A stretch of 64,000 nt of DNA from Squalus acanthias. Taxonomy: Eukaryota. Shown here one piece after another: positions 1-11,013 of this stretch; within the stretch, counting starts at the first letter, position 1; every line of letters begins with the position of its first letter. A program made the position numbers and the translations under genes. The stretch lies in contig CM059432.1 in NCBI GenBank assembly GCA_030390025.1, positions 124,002,001-124,066,000 on the forward strand, given 5' to 3'. The notes under the pieces are model-generated. The model worked only from the letters and a program-made list of their open reading frames with translations, made no database searches and was not told the DNA's origin.

Positions 1-202
1 TATTTTTAAGCTTCTGGAGCCCTTTGAGCCCACTGATGCTATGGCAAGGTGCCGCAGTGAAATTTCTCCCCCTACCACTCAGACGGGTTTGCAGCTGCAA
101 AATAACCTGACCCGGGGATTTCTGAAAGGGTCAATAGTGGGCAGGGAGAAGTGCTGCTCTGTCCCACCTCAGATCTACCTCCCCTGGAATTTCAGGGCTA
201 TA

Positions 203-854
203 GGCCCTGATAATTACAAGGAGGGTGCAGGGAGGCCAAAACCGGCAAAGAGCCCGGCAAGGCTGGGGCGCGGAGGTCCTGCCGATCCTAACGGCAGGAC
301 CTTATTAACATTTTGCAGCTCCGTCTCCCACCCGGTGTGGGTGGGAACACCAGTGGCAGGAGGCCACAGCTGGGGCCTATTGGGGAGGGTCCCCGGCACT
401 TGGGAGGGTGGAAGGTCAGCAATTGGGGCTGGATTGGGCAGGGTAGGCCTCCAATTGGGGCTGAGGGAGGCCGAAGGCTTCCTTGAGGGGTCCTGGGGGA
501 CAGCACTCCTGCTCCTCCTGGCCCACAAAGAGTGCTGAAAGAGGCACTTACTCTGTGGAGCCGGCAGCTCCCACCTCCCTTCCATTGCCAGGTTTCCCGA
601 CCTTTGGGAAATCCGTGCAGCAGCAGTGAATTTCAAATCTGGCTTCCAATTGCACTGTGAGAGTCCGATTTAAATATGTTAATTAATCGTCCCGGTGGGA
701 CACTCGGACACCCCGATATCCGCCGCCGTAAAAAAGGCAGCAGACGCGTGTGTGGCAGGTTGGGATTGCGATCCACATATTTCACTCTTTTACCACCACC
801 ATCCCTGACCCTCTTCCGCCTGTTGTTGAAGGGGAGGGGGTTAATATCAGGGCT
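203..854. mobile_element. Non-autonomous DNA transposon (Harbinger-type MITE)
   Basis: Imperfect TIRs ggccctgataattac (203) / gttaatatcagggct (to 854); flanks ata/atc; GC-rich non-coding interior. Abuts the end of another similar element (gaatttcagggc, ~187-198). Confidence 0.55.
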
Positions 855-904
855 ATCGTGTCTCATCTAGATCAAGCCAAACACTTTAACTGAAACAATG
901 ATCT

Positions 905-3900
905 TATAATGAGAACTTGGAGTGGGCGGGGGAGGATCCAGTTGTCATGGTCCATGTAGGAACCAACGACATAGATAGAACTAGGAATGAGGTTCTGCTG
1001 AGGGAGTTTGAGGAGCTAGGATCCAAATTAAAAAGCAGAACCTCAAAGATAATAATCTCTGGATTGTTACCTGAGCCACGCGCAAATTGGCATAGGGATA
1101 AACAGATTAGAGGTTTAAATGCGTGGCTCAGAGTGGTGTGGGAGGAAGTGGTTTCAGTTCATGGGGCACTGGCACTAGTACTGGGGAAAGAGGGAGCTGT
1201 TCTGTTGGGATGGGCTCCACTTAAACCAGTGTCCTGGTGAACCAAATAACTAGGGCAGTAGACAGGGCTTTAAACTAATGAAGGGGGGATGGGAGGATTC
1301 AGGAAAGAGTAAATTTAAAAGCAGTGAGAGAAATGTCAAGGCTCTAGAGCAGAGTAGAGTTTTGGGTAAAAATAAGCAGAGTGGATCAGGAAGGGACAGA
1401 GAGAGTAACAAAAGTAATAAGGCATCAGTGACTAAGGTGACATCAGGGAAAAATAGAAATAAGTCAAAGCTAAAGGCACTATATCTGAATGCGCGAAGCA
1501 TTCGCAACTAAATAGATGAATTAATAGCGCAAATAGAAATGAACAGGTTTCATCTAATAGCCATAATGGAGACATGGTTGCAAAGTGGCCAAGGTTGGGA
1601 ACTAAATATTCCAGGATACTTAACTTTTGAAGAGATAGGCAAAATGGAAAAGGAGGAGGGGTAGCCCTGATAATAAAGGATGGGATAAAGACAGTAGAGA
1701 GAAAGGATCTTAGCTCTGAAAATCAAGAAGTAGAATCAGTTTGGGTGGAGCTAAGAAACAGCAAGGGGCAGAAAACATTGGTGGGAGGTGTTTATAGGCC
1801 CCCAAACAGTAGTTGTAATGTAGGACAGAGTATAAATCAGGAAATTAGAGGTGCATGTAACAAGGGTAATACAGTAATCATGGGGGGCTTTAATCTACAT
1901 ATAGACTGGGCAAACCAAATTTGCAGTAATAGTATGGAGGGCGAATTCATGGAATGTATACAAGATAGTTTTCTAGATCAGTATGTTGAGGAACCAACTA
2001 GGGAACAGACTATTTTAGATCTAGTTTTGTGCAATGAGAAAGGGTTAATTAATAACCTTGTAGTAAAGGGGCCTTTAGGGAAGAGTGGCCATAATATAAT
2101 AGAATTTTATATTGAGTTTGAAAGTGATTTGGTTAAATCCGAAATTAGGGTCTTAAATCTAAACAAAGCAAACTATGTAGGTATGAGGGGCGAGTTGGCT
2201 AAGATAGATTGGGAAACTACATTAAAAGGTATGACGGTAGACAAGCGAGGGCTAGCATTTAAAGAATTAATACATAATTTACAACAATACATTCCTTTAA
2301 GGCACAAAAACCCCACAGGAAAAGTGGTCCAACCGTGGCTAACAAGAGAAGTTAAAGATAGTATTAGATCAAAGGAAGAGGCTTATAATTTTGCCAAAAA
2401 GAGTAGTAAGCCTCAGGATTGGGAAGATTTTAGAATTCAGCAAAGGAGGATCAAGAAATTCATAAAGAAAGGAAAAATAGCATATGAGAGTAAACTATCG
2501 AGAGACATAAAAACAGACTGTATAAGCTTCTATAGGTATGTAAAAAGGAAAAGATTAGTGAAAGTAAATGTGGGTCCCTTACAGGCTGAGACAGGAGAAA
2601 TTATAATGGGGAATAAGGAAATGGCAAAGAAATTAAACAAATACTTTGGGCTGGATTTTGCCAATGGGGAGCTTTTGGAGGCGGGACTCCCACTTGTCGG
2701 GTTTTAGTCCCGCCTCCATCGACTTCTGGCCAACCCATGCTATTTTTCCTTGATTGACCTTGTTAAGCCTGCCCAGCGGGCTTAGCAGGCCAATTAAGGG
2801 GAAGCCGGTTATAGAGAACGTCAGCGTATGACGTTTCATCTGTCAAAAATTTTTGACAGATGAATTGTCATCATTTGACAGCTCTGTGAAGCTGTCAAAC
2901 ACTGACATTCTCTGTAGTTTGATGAGTTATTGTATTCAAGACTCATCAAACCTCTTTCTTTAGCAGAAATTATATGGTTGTTGCATTGGAGAATGCAGCA
3001 GCCATCTGTCATCTCTGCCGTGGAGATGCGAGACTCTCTGCATCCCCAACAATTGAATCCTGCAGGAAGAAACAAAGGTAAGTATACTTTTCCTAACACT
3101 TTCCACTTACCTCACATACTCACCTCTCTACTCTTGCACCCATCACTTACCTTCACAGTGCACTTTTGCACCCCTCCGATCCCCACAGACCCTGGCGAGG
3201 TTCGCAGCCTTTGGGAAGCCGCACTTGTGTGGCTAAAATGGGAATAATCCTCTTAATTGCCTGTTAACTACCTGTCAAAAACTTCCCGGAAATAATGGAG
3301 AAACAAGGCTCTAGCGAGAATGAGGAACTGAAAGAAATTAGGATTGGTAAAAAAGTAGTACTGGAGAGATTAATGGGACTGAAAACCAATAAATCTCCTG
3401 GACCTGAAGGCCTGCATCCTAGGGTTTTGAAAGAGGTGGCTATAGAGATAGTGGATGCATTGGTTGTCATTTTCCAAGCAATTAGGAAAGCAAATGGTAA
3501 GTTGGCCTTTATTACAAGAGGATTTGAGTATAAGAGTAAAGACATCTTACTGCAATTATATAGGGCCCTGGTGAGACCACACCTGGAGTATTGTGTACAG
3601 TTTGGGTCTCCTTACCTAAGGAAGGATATACTTGCCATAGAGGGAGTGCAATGAAGGTTCACCAGACTGATTCCTGGAATGGGGGAATTGTCATATGAGG
3701 AGAGATTGAGTAGATTAGGCCTCTATTCTCTAGAGTTTAGCAGAATGAGAAGTGTTCTCATTGAAACATACAAAATTCTTACAGGGCTTGACAGGGTAGA
3801 TGGAGGGAGGATGTTTCCCCTGGCTGGGGAGTCTAGAACCAGGGGTCACAGTCTCAGAATAAGGGGTCGGCCATTTAGGACTGAGATGAGGAGAAATTTC

Positions 3901-4145
3901 TTCACTCAGAGGGTGGTGAATCTTTGGAATTCTCTACCCCAGAAGGCTGTGGAGGCTCAGTTGTTGAGTATATTCAAGACAGAGATCGATAGATTTTTGA
4001 ATATTAAGGGCATCAAGGGATATGGGGATAGTGCAGGAAAGTGGAGTTGATGTAGAAGATCAGCCATTGAATGGCGCAGCAGGCTCAAGGGGCCAAATGG
4101 CCTGCTCCTGCTCCTATTTCGTATGTTCTTATTATGTTCTTATGT
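905..4145 (+). mobile_element. CR1 LINE, 5'-truncated, interrupted and internally deleted
   Basis: ORF1 esterase (SGNH) motif VHVGTNDI (~950-975); ORF2 APE endonuclease (LYLNARSI, GVYRPP, EPTREQTILDLV); C-terminal LYRALVRPHLEYC...RNFFTQRVVNLWNSLP; CR1 3' hairpin and (tatgttct)n tail ending ~4145. Stops and frameshifts present. Confidence 0.92.
2648..3268 (+). mobile_element. Harbinger-type non-autonomous element inserted in CR1, right end lost
   Basis: Starts with TIR gggctggattttgcca; highly similar to the reverse complement of ~59780-60370; CR1 sequence resumes at ~3270. Confidence 0.8.
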
Positions 4146-5139
4146 AACGTACTTACGGAAGGAGTAAAATCGATGGAGTTTTAACACATTGTACGTACAA
4201 TCATGTATTCACATTTAAACAGTTAAAATCAATTACATCATTTCACTGTGACAAAGTCCTTTGATTTAAATGGGTGAACAGGAACAAGATAAAACCTTTA
4301 AAGTTTCCTGACACTTTACCTCACTCAGGTTAGTGAGGATAAACTTTGAAAAATCTCATATCAAGGTAGGAGCTGAAATCAATCTCTGTCAGTAGATCTG
4401 GCAGAGAATTCTTACAACTTTAAGTCCTCCCAGTTGCAGAAAGTGAGGAGTCTCCCGGCAAAGGTCAGCTGGCATCAAGCAGGATAAATTGAGCTGTGGG
4501 GGATCTGCTATCTAACTGCATTAAAATCACTTCTCTGTCTGTTAGGTTCTGTGGAGAGATCACTGAAGCATGATATTGTCTTACTGTTGTAGGTGATATC
4601 TTCTGCGTTATTGCTGGTAGACATTTCTTCTTTATCTCTGTTGCACAGAGACTGGAGTAATATTTCTCCAGGCTGTCATTCAGACCTGCTGGTTTCAACA
4701 CCATTGGCCCATATGCTTTCAATATCACAAAAAAAATACCTGTCATCTCTAGGGCATTTTAGCAACTGATTTTTCTCCCTTTGAATTTAATCACATTATT
4801 GCCCTCTGCACCCTTCAGCAATTCAAACAGCTAATCTTAACAGCAAGCTAATCAACTTTTGTTTCCTCTCTCCCTCTTAGCTTGTGGCCAAACGGTAAGT
4901 TGCAGTTAAACTTCCAGTTGGTCAATTCCATTTGAAGCCCATGGCCCTTGTAGTTAATAAACTAATAGTCCAGTGGAGCCCATTTATATTCATCTCTTAT
5001 TGGTGTAGTTGCCCCTTTATCACAGAACAGTCCCAAAACATTTTTGATTACAACATTTTTTATTATAATGCTTTCTGTTCTCCTTAATATATGTTGTTAT
5101 GTCAACAAATCCAAATCTAAACTCTAACCAATAATCATA

Positions 5140-6650
5140 GGGGGAGAAATTCATTATAGCCCAGGAATGGGCACTAACTTTAGAAAAGTTTGAGATTTAG
5201 CGCCAGGTGCTAATGATTCAGATTGCACACAAAATTCAGTCTCATTGCTGAAAGAAAGGATGGGAGCGCTAACTCAAACGCTAATGGTCTAGCTCAGTGG
5301 TGTTAAACTCAAAGTGCTGACCAATATCAGGTGCAGTCTAATCTCAAGTCATCATCACCACAGGCTTTTCCCAGTACTTAAAGGGGAGGTTCATTGATAC
5401 TGCAGCACCTCATTCTCAGCAATGCTGGCTGTGCAGCTGCCTCAGCAAAGAGAAGCACAACAAGGAGAAAGAACCGGAGGACTGAAGCAGGTGCGCTCAT
5501 GGCAGATCCACCTCAGTCGGGTGGTCAGGGTGATTGAATGCTTCACCAAATGCTACATACCACCATCTGTACCACAAGCTTCACACACTGCCCAAAGCAC
5601 CAGACCCACAGTACTCACACACCAGCAATCTCTACCTACCAACACTCACATCAACATCTCATGCCTTGCACACAATGACAGCTATTCAACTATGGCTGGC
5701 GCAAGGGTCATTTGTTGTTGGAATGATTGTGATATGTGTGGTATGTTTATGCATAAATTTATTCATGGAGTTTGCAATATTTTGTGGTCTGTCTCATTTC
5801 AACTTTGCACCCAGGAGGACACTGTGATATGGCATGATGGGCATGTGGTGAGCAAGAGGGATCTGGGGTTTAAGTCATCCTGGTGTGAGGCTGGAGGTCT
5901 GTTTGGAGGAGGTGGCAGAGTTCTGTGTCCACCACCTTGGTGATGCAGAGCCCTCTAATACACTGCTGCTCGCTTCATTGAAGGTAGGAGAAGTGCTGTC
6001 GGAATAACCTCAGAGGGTAAGGCCTCCTGTTGAGACTCCTCATGGTCCTCCTCCTCCCTCTGGGCACATGTTCCAGTCTTTCTCGCTGCCTCTGCTCCCT
6101 CCACAGTAGATCCTGGATGGCGAGGTCGACTGCCAGTACAGCCCTCATTAATGTAACCAAGTGTAGCACTTTGATATGTTGTCAGAATAAATGTAACTAA
6201 TTTTTAGTAGCCACAACACTCCTGAAACTAAAGAACCTTTAAATGACTGAATTAAACTGTTGCATAATCTCAAACTGACAAGCAAGCAGTGAAACAGCAC
6301 TAACCTGAGAGTTGCGACTCATTACCCATGATCCCTTTAAGTAGCGCCCCTGGAGCCGGTATCTACCTGCTTGACGCCTCCTCTCCCTGTCGCTGTCGGG
6401 CGTGGTGCTAAGGCAGGGGGCAATACTCAATTTGGCAGATCGGGCGCCCAGTGAGTGTTACACGCTCACTGACGTCACAATCTGCCTGGCGTTGAAGTCC
6501 CCAGTGGTAACTGTTAGCGGCGGCGCTACGGGGGACTGGATTTGGCGTGGGCTGCTGGATTCGCCTCACCCCGGCGCTATTACAGCAACGCCCCATTAGC
6601 GCCCTTGCCAGGCGTTAACGAGAGGCGCTAACCAACTGAATTTCTCCCCC
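5140..6650. mobile_element. PIF/Harbinger deletion derivative
   Basis: TIRs gggggagaaattca / tgaatttctccccc; 3-bp TSD ATA (5137-5139, 6651-6653); minus-strand remnant of Harbinger transposase N-terminus (RRPYPLRLFRQHFSYL, ~5900-6170). Confidence 0.85.
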
Positions 6651-7065
6651 ATAATTTTCATTGCATGAATCCCATCCCCTGGTCTTTCAGTTTCTTTAAA
6701 TCCATTCTGACCTGAATACTGAACACATGATCATAAATCACTCTTTTCCTTAGTGTTTCATTCTGATTTTTTCTGTACCCGCACAAGAGTGAATAAGATC
6801 AAGGGACAGCAAAGGGAACTTTTCATAAATTAATTGTTTTCAGTTGTATTCATACAGGAAAACATTATCATATATACGACCTATGTTATTCTCCTGTAAT
6901 GGTGAAATTAATCCCTAATTCACCTCTGGTCAAATCACACAGCACACGGATCAGAGCCTTTTCAATCCCCAGAAAGAAAACAGGGTTTTCTCAGTTAAAG
7001 AAATCCTGAGCGTTGTAAGAAATCTTTCAATTTATATATATTGTAAAGAATAACATTCCTTATTA

Positions 7066-7258
7066 TATAAACAGAAAATGCTGGAAACACTCAGCAGGTC
7101 AGACAGTGTCTGTGGAGAGAACAGACCCCTCTTTGAAGTTAGAGCCTGAGCCCAAACCTTAACTCTGTTTCTCTCCCCTCAGATGTTGGTTCACCCGCTG
7201 CGTGTTTCCAGCATTTACTGTATGAGATTACCAGCATCTGCAGTTTTTTTGTTTTTCG
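7066..7258. repeat. Degenerate Penelope-like terminal hairpin repeat
   Basis: Inverted arms acagaaaatgctggaaacactcagcagg / cccgctgcgtgtttccagcatttactgt; same family as 15740-15840. Confidence 0.55.
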
Positions 7259-8099
7259 TTAACATTCCTTATTAGCTTACTTCAAAGCACTGACTGATCT
7301 TAGGGCCAAGACAAGACTTGAAACTATGAGTTACCCTAAACTTCTGTAAAAATACACTAATGGGCCATAATTTGCTGTAGGAGTGAATCTAACGGTGTCT
7401 AACTTGCCCTTGCACGTTTAGATTTCTTTTGGCGTGGCAAGTTGCTGAAAGTGCGAGCTGATAATGGCGCAGTGAGTAAAACAAGGCATCTGAGCAAACA
7501 GGGCAAGCAACTGTGTATCTCCTGAACCAATCAAATTGAAGGATTGTGAAATTAACAGCGCAAGGACCGAGAAGGAAGTGTAAGTTAGAGTGGGTGAATT
7601 CAATGTCAAATCAGGTACAGCAAGAGAAATAAAGAGAGGGAAAGAAAGACTGGATTAAGAGGGAGAGAAAAAAGAGACAGAAGGGAAAAGTAAAATAAAA
7701 TTTAAATTTTAAATATTACATTTTTAAAGTTTCCAACAACAATTAAAACCTGAAGGAATGAGACTCCGCACTTGTAATAGTTAATTTTCAGTACCAGAGA
7801 GGTTGACTAGCAGTAATTAACACTTGTCGTTAAAAGGGTACTTAGACTGAAATAGATAAGACTTAACTTTCTGTGGCGAGTTTAGTTCGTATCTACCGCG
7901 CAAATACAGCAACTTCAGTGCATTTCAATGGTGAGCCAGGAATGCAGTGCGGCGGGAACTTTAAATCGCTGATTTCCCGGGCTGCTAGAGACAGCGCTTG
8001 GGGGAGGAATCTTGGATTCCGGGAAACTCCTGGTCATTCTGGGAGGTTTGGGAACCTTACACATACCAATTTCTGTCCCTATTTCTGTCCTTTTGGAGG

Positions 8100-9360
8100 A
8101 AGTTGAGAAGAACAAATGGAGCATGCCAGGCAGGTCTTGCTACAGCAGAAGCACTCTGCCCCTGCTCACCAAGGCCCTCCCACCAGAATCTACAGGTAGC
8201 AATGAACATACCTCCATCTCTAAACTTGGAAATGTGCCCATTGCATTAAATGTCCTGTCTACATCTCCCCCACACCCTCCACAAATATGCCTTCACCCAG
8301 GTGATAACTCATAAACTTCTGTTTTTTCTACCTGATGAATCCTTCTCCCAAGCCTTATTTAAAAAAATATATTCTCCGCACAACTCAAGTACAACCAGAT
8401 TTTTAATAATCAAACATGTTGTGTGTGACTGCCTACTGTTTGTTACCATGGTGCCTCCCTTTGGTGGCTGTGTGTGACGTAGTCACTCTTAATTCTAGTT
8501 TATCTTTCTTCTGGTTGCTACCTCGGTGGCAGGACTCCCTGAGTTAGCTCGCTGCTGTGTGAATAGTGGTGTCTTGGAATTGGGGTGGCTTTCTCCTCCC
8601 AGCAGATGAGATAGACCTGCTGCGGAATGTACCACTGTATGGGTAGTTAGGTTCTGTGCACTTTCTGCCAGGTCTGCAATCATTAGAGGGGGCTGATGGG
8701 AGGTTTTGGGCACGTGCCCATTCCAGCCATACTGCTGCTACTCGACACTGCCTTACCATCGCCACTCATTGACGTGATAGCAGATTTAATGGCACCAATG
8801 AGATCAGTGAAGTGCTCTCTCAGACTTCTCTGTGAACAATCTCCAAGCTTGTCGAAGCTAAAAGAGATTGCCCATTCCACTCTGGACCCCATGCCCCTAT
8901 GATAGCAATTTGGGCATCTGTGAGAGAAGCACTGAATGCACTTGGGGCTTCAACCATGTAGAGATCCCCTATAGATGTCCCTGGAGTTGTCACACATTCC
9001 ACAATGGACTGCAGTGCTGCAAAACCATCATAAAAGGCAGTACACATGTAGGTATTGGGCCCCTGTAGCCGAGCCGTCACCTGCAGCACACTGCTTGGCA
9101 CAGCCCTAATCACTGCACCAATGCCTGTGGTCAGAAAACATCTTTCTTTTAAATACAGCTTCTAAAAGATCCAGATCCCCCAGACTCATCAGCTGAGGAG
9201 AGAAGCAAGCTGACCCTCCAGATAGCAAATCATCTTCCTTTGCCAACACCATTTGTTCCTACTCACCCATAATCTGTGTATCACCCAGTGCACTCCCCTC
9301 TAGTCAGTCTCTGAATCCCCCAGAGTAGATACATCTGAGCTGGTGTTTGGGAGCAAAAGA
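8100..9360 (-). mobile_element. Highly decayed Harbinger-like internal sequence (partner-gene remnant)
   Basis: Low-complexity coiled-coil-like peptide fragments resembling the partner-gene remnants in the other Harbinger copies; ends not resolved. Confidence 0.3.
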
Positions 9361-9369
9361 TGAGTGACA

Positions 9370-9786
9370 GGGCAACACGGTGGCATAGTGGTTAGCACTG
9401 GTGCCTCACAGCGCCAGGGACCCGGGTTCGAATCTGACCTCGGGTGACTGTCTGTGTGGAGTTTGCACATTCTCCCCGTGTCTGCGTGGGTTTCCTCCGG
9501 GTGCTCCGGTTTCCTCCCACAGTCCAAAAATGTGCGGGTTAGGTTGATTTGGCTATGATAAATTGACCCTTAGTGTTAGGGTGGGGTTATGGGGATAGGA
9601 TGGGATATGTTAGGGGGAATTAAATACGTGGGGTTACGTGGGTAGGGTGGGATATGTGTACTGTGGGGATTAAAGCAGGGACAGGGTACTGGATTTGGAT
9701 GATCAGCCATGATCGTATTGAATGGTGGAGCAGGCTCGATGGGCCGAATGGCCTACTCCTGCTCCTAGATTCTATGTTTCTATGTT
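9370..9786 (+). mobile_element. tRNA-derived V-SINE (HE1-type shark SINE) with CR1-derived 3' tail
   Basis: Pol III A box tggcatagtgg (9381-9391), B box gggttcgaatc (~9424-9434), V-domain tgtgtggagtttgcacattctccccgtgtctgcgtgggtttcc, G-rich repeats, tail matching the CR1 3' ends in this window; TSD tgaca (9365-9369 / 9787-9791). Confidence 0.9.
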
Positions 9787-9809
9787 TGACAGTGGTTTTC
9801 TTTTTCATC

Positions 9810-10150
9810 TTCTTGGGAGGTGAGCAGCACTGGAAAGGTTGCATTGATTGCTCATCCCTAGTTGTCTTGAGAAGGTGGTGGTGAGCCTTCACCTTGAATC
9901 ACTGCAGTCCTGGTGTTAGATAGAAAATTCCAGGATTTTGACTCCGTGACAATGAAGGCATGGCAAGATATGTCCAAGTAAGGATGATGTGCGACTTGGA
10001 GTAGATGGTATTCTCAGAGTAATATTGTTGCTCTTGTCCTTCTTGGTGACAGAGGTTGCAGAGAAGAGAGGTGCTGTCAAAGTAACCTTGGTAAGTTAAG
10101 CAATGCATCCAATAAATAGCACATTCTGCAGCCACAGTGCACTGCTGCAA
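9810..10150 (-). mobile_element. Old degenerate 3' fragment of the LINE family at 16380-18823
   Basis: Diverged match to 16400-16760 (cttgagaaggtggtggtgagcc...ttccaggattttgac...). Confidence 0.7.
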
Positions 10151-10622
10151 CAACTCTAAGGTCATGGATATGAAATTTTAATGTTAAGGCAATATCCTGT
10201 GCTGCTATATATTTCTTTCCCTTGGTGACAAATAGACCAGAAACTTTGGTTTATTTTGTATTGCTTGCCCTCTCTTGAAAGGCATTTTCATTCTCCTACA
10301 TTTTCCTTGTGGAATTGTTCTATTACTGGCAATATATCAAATTATGGGCAATTTTTCGCTTAAGAGTCAAGTCCACTGAGAATGAGGGTGATACAAAAGT
10401 CATTCGATGTAGGACCCTTAATATCAAAAAGGAAACTTTTACCTATTTCTCTGGGCTGAATTTTAACCCAAGTGCAGGTGAACGTGTTTACCCATGAGCC
10501 ACCCAGTGCCAACTTTGAAGGTTGATATTTTCAACAACATTGGGGAGATTGTAATTTGCGCATTGTGCAGCAAAGTCACGCTTGTGTTCTTCATATTTTT
10601 ACTGAGTCCACATTTTCAGTAC

Positions 10623-10756
10623 TGTAATGTATTATCACATGGTTTGTCGCATGGTTTAGTATGAGCATGCTCAGTTCACCCTGGTCTAGTAAAGCAAGCT
10701 CATGAATTAGCAACTGGTGTCTCTGTCCTTCATTTGTTCTACCCACAAATATTACA
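10623..10756 (+). repeat. 5' LTR of Gypsy element
   Basis: tgtaat...attaca; 9 mismatches versus the 3' LTR by manual count. Confidence 0.95.
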
Positions 10757-10760
10757 TTTT

Positions 10761-10778
10761 TGGCGATGAGGATGGGAT
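10761..10778 (+). promoter_or_regulatory. Primer-binding site, probably tRNA-Ser(GCU)
   Basis: tggcgatgaggatgggat 4 nt after the LTR; complementary, with one CpG-type mismatch, to the vertebrate tRNA-Ser(GCU) 3' end ...AUCCCAUCCUCGUCGCCA as recalled. Confidence 0.75.
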
Positions 10779-11013
10779 CCCAAAGATATTTTTAGGGATC
10801 ATGAAAAACACAGTGTTCAACCTTCGAGTGGAAAAGTTTAAGGTGAATTTGTGACACCTAAACTGAATTTTTTGCGATATTTTACCATTAATGCTGATGC
10901 AGAATCGTCTGTGCTTCGCCTTCACGTGTATGTATGCACAGCAACAGCGGCATTGATTCTCACAGGTACACAGGCAGCGTGCTGAGTCACTGTTCAACGG
11001 GATCGGGAAAATC

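Noticed and set aside
41..870. Overlapping 60-165 aa ORFs
   Set aside because: GC-rich MITE sequence open in several frames on both strands; no recognisable domain.
4465..4746. 93-aa minus-strand ORF as a host exon
   Set aside because: No convincing acceptor or recognisable homology.
9370..9445. tRNA gene
   Set aside because: A and B boxes continue into a V-domain and LINE tail with TSD; it is a SINE head.
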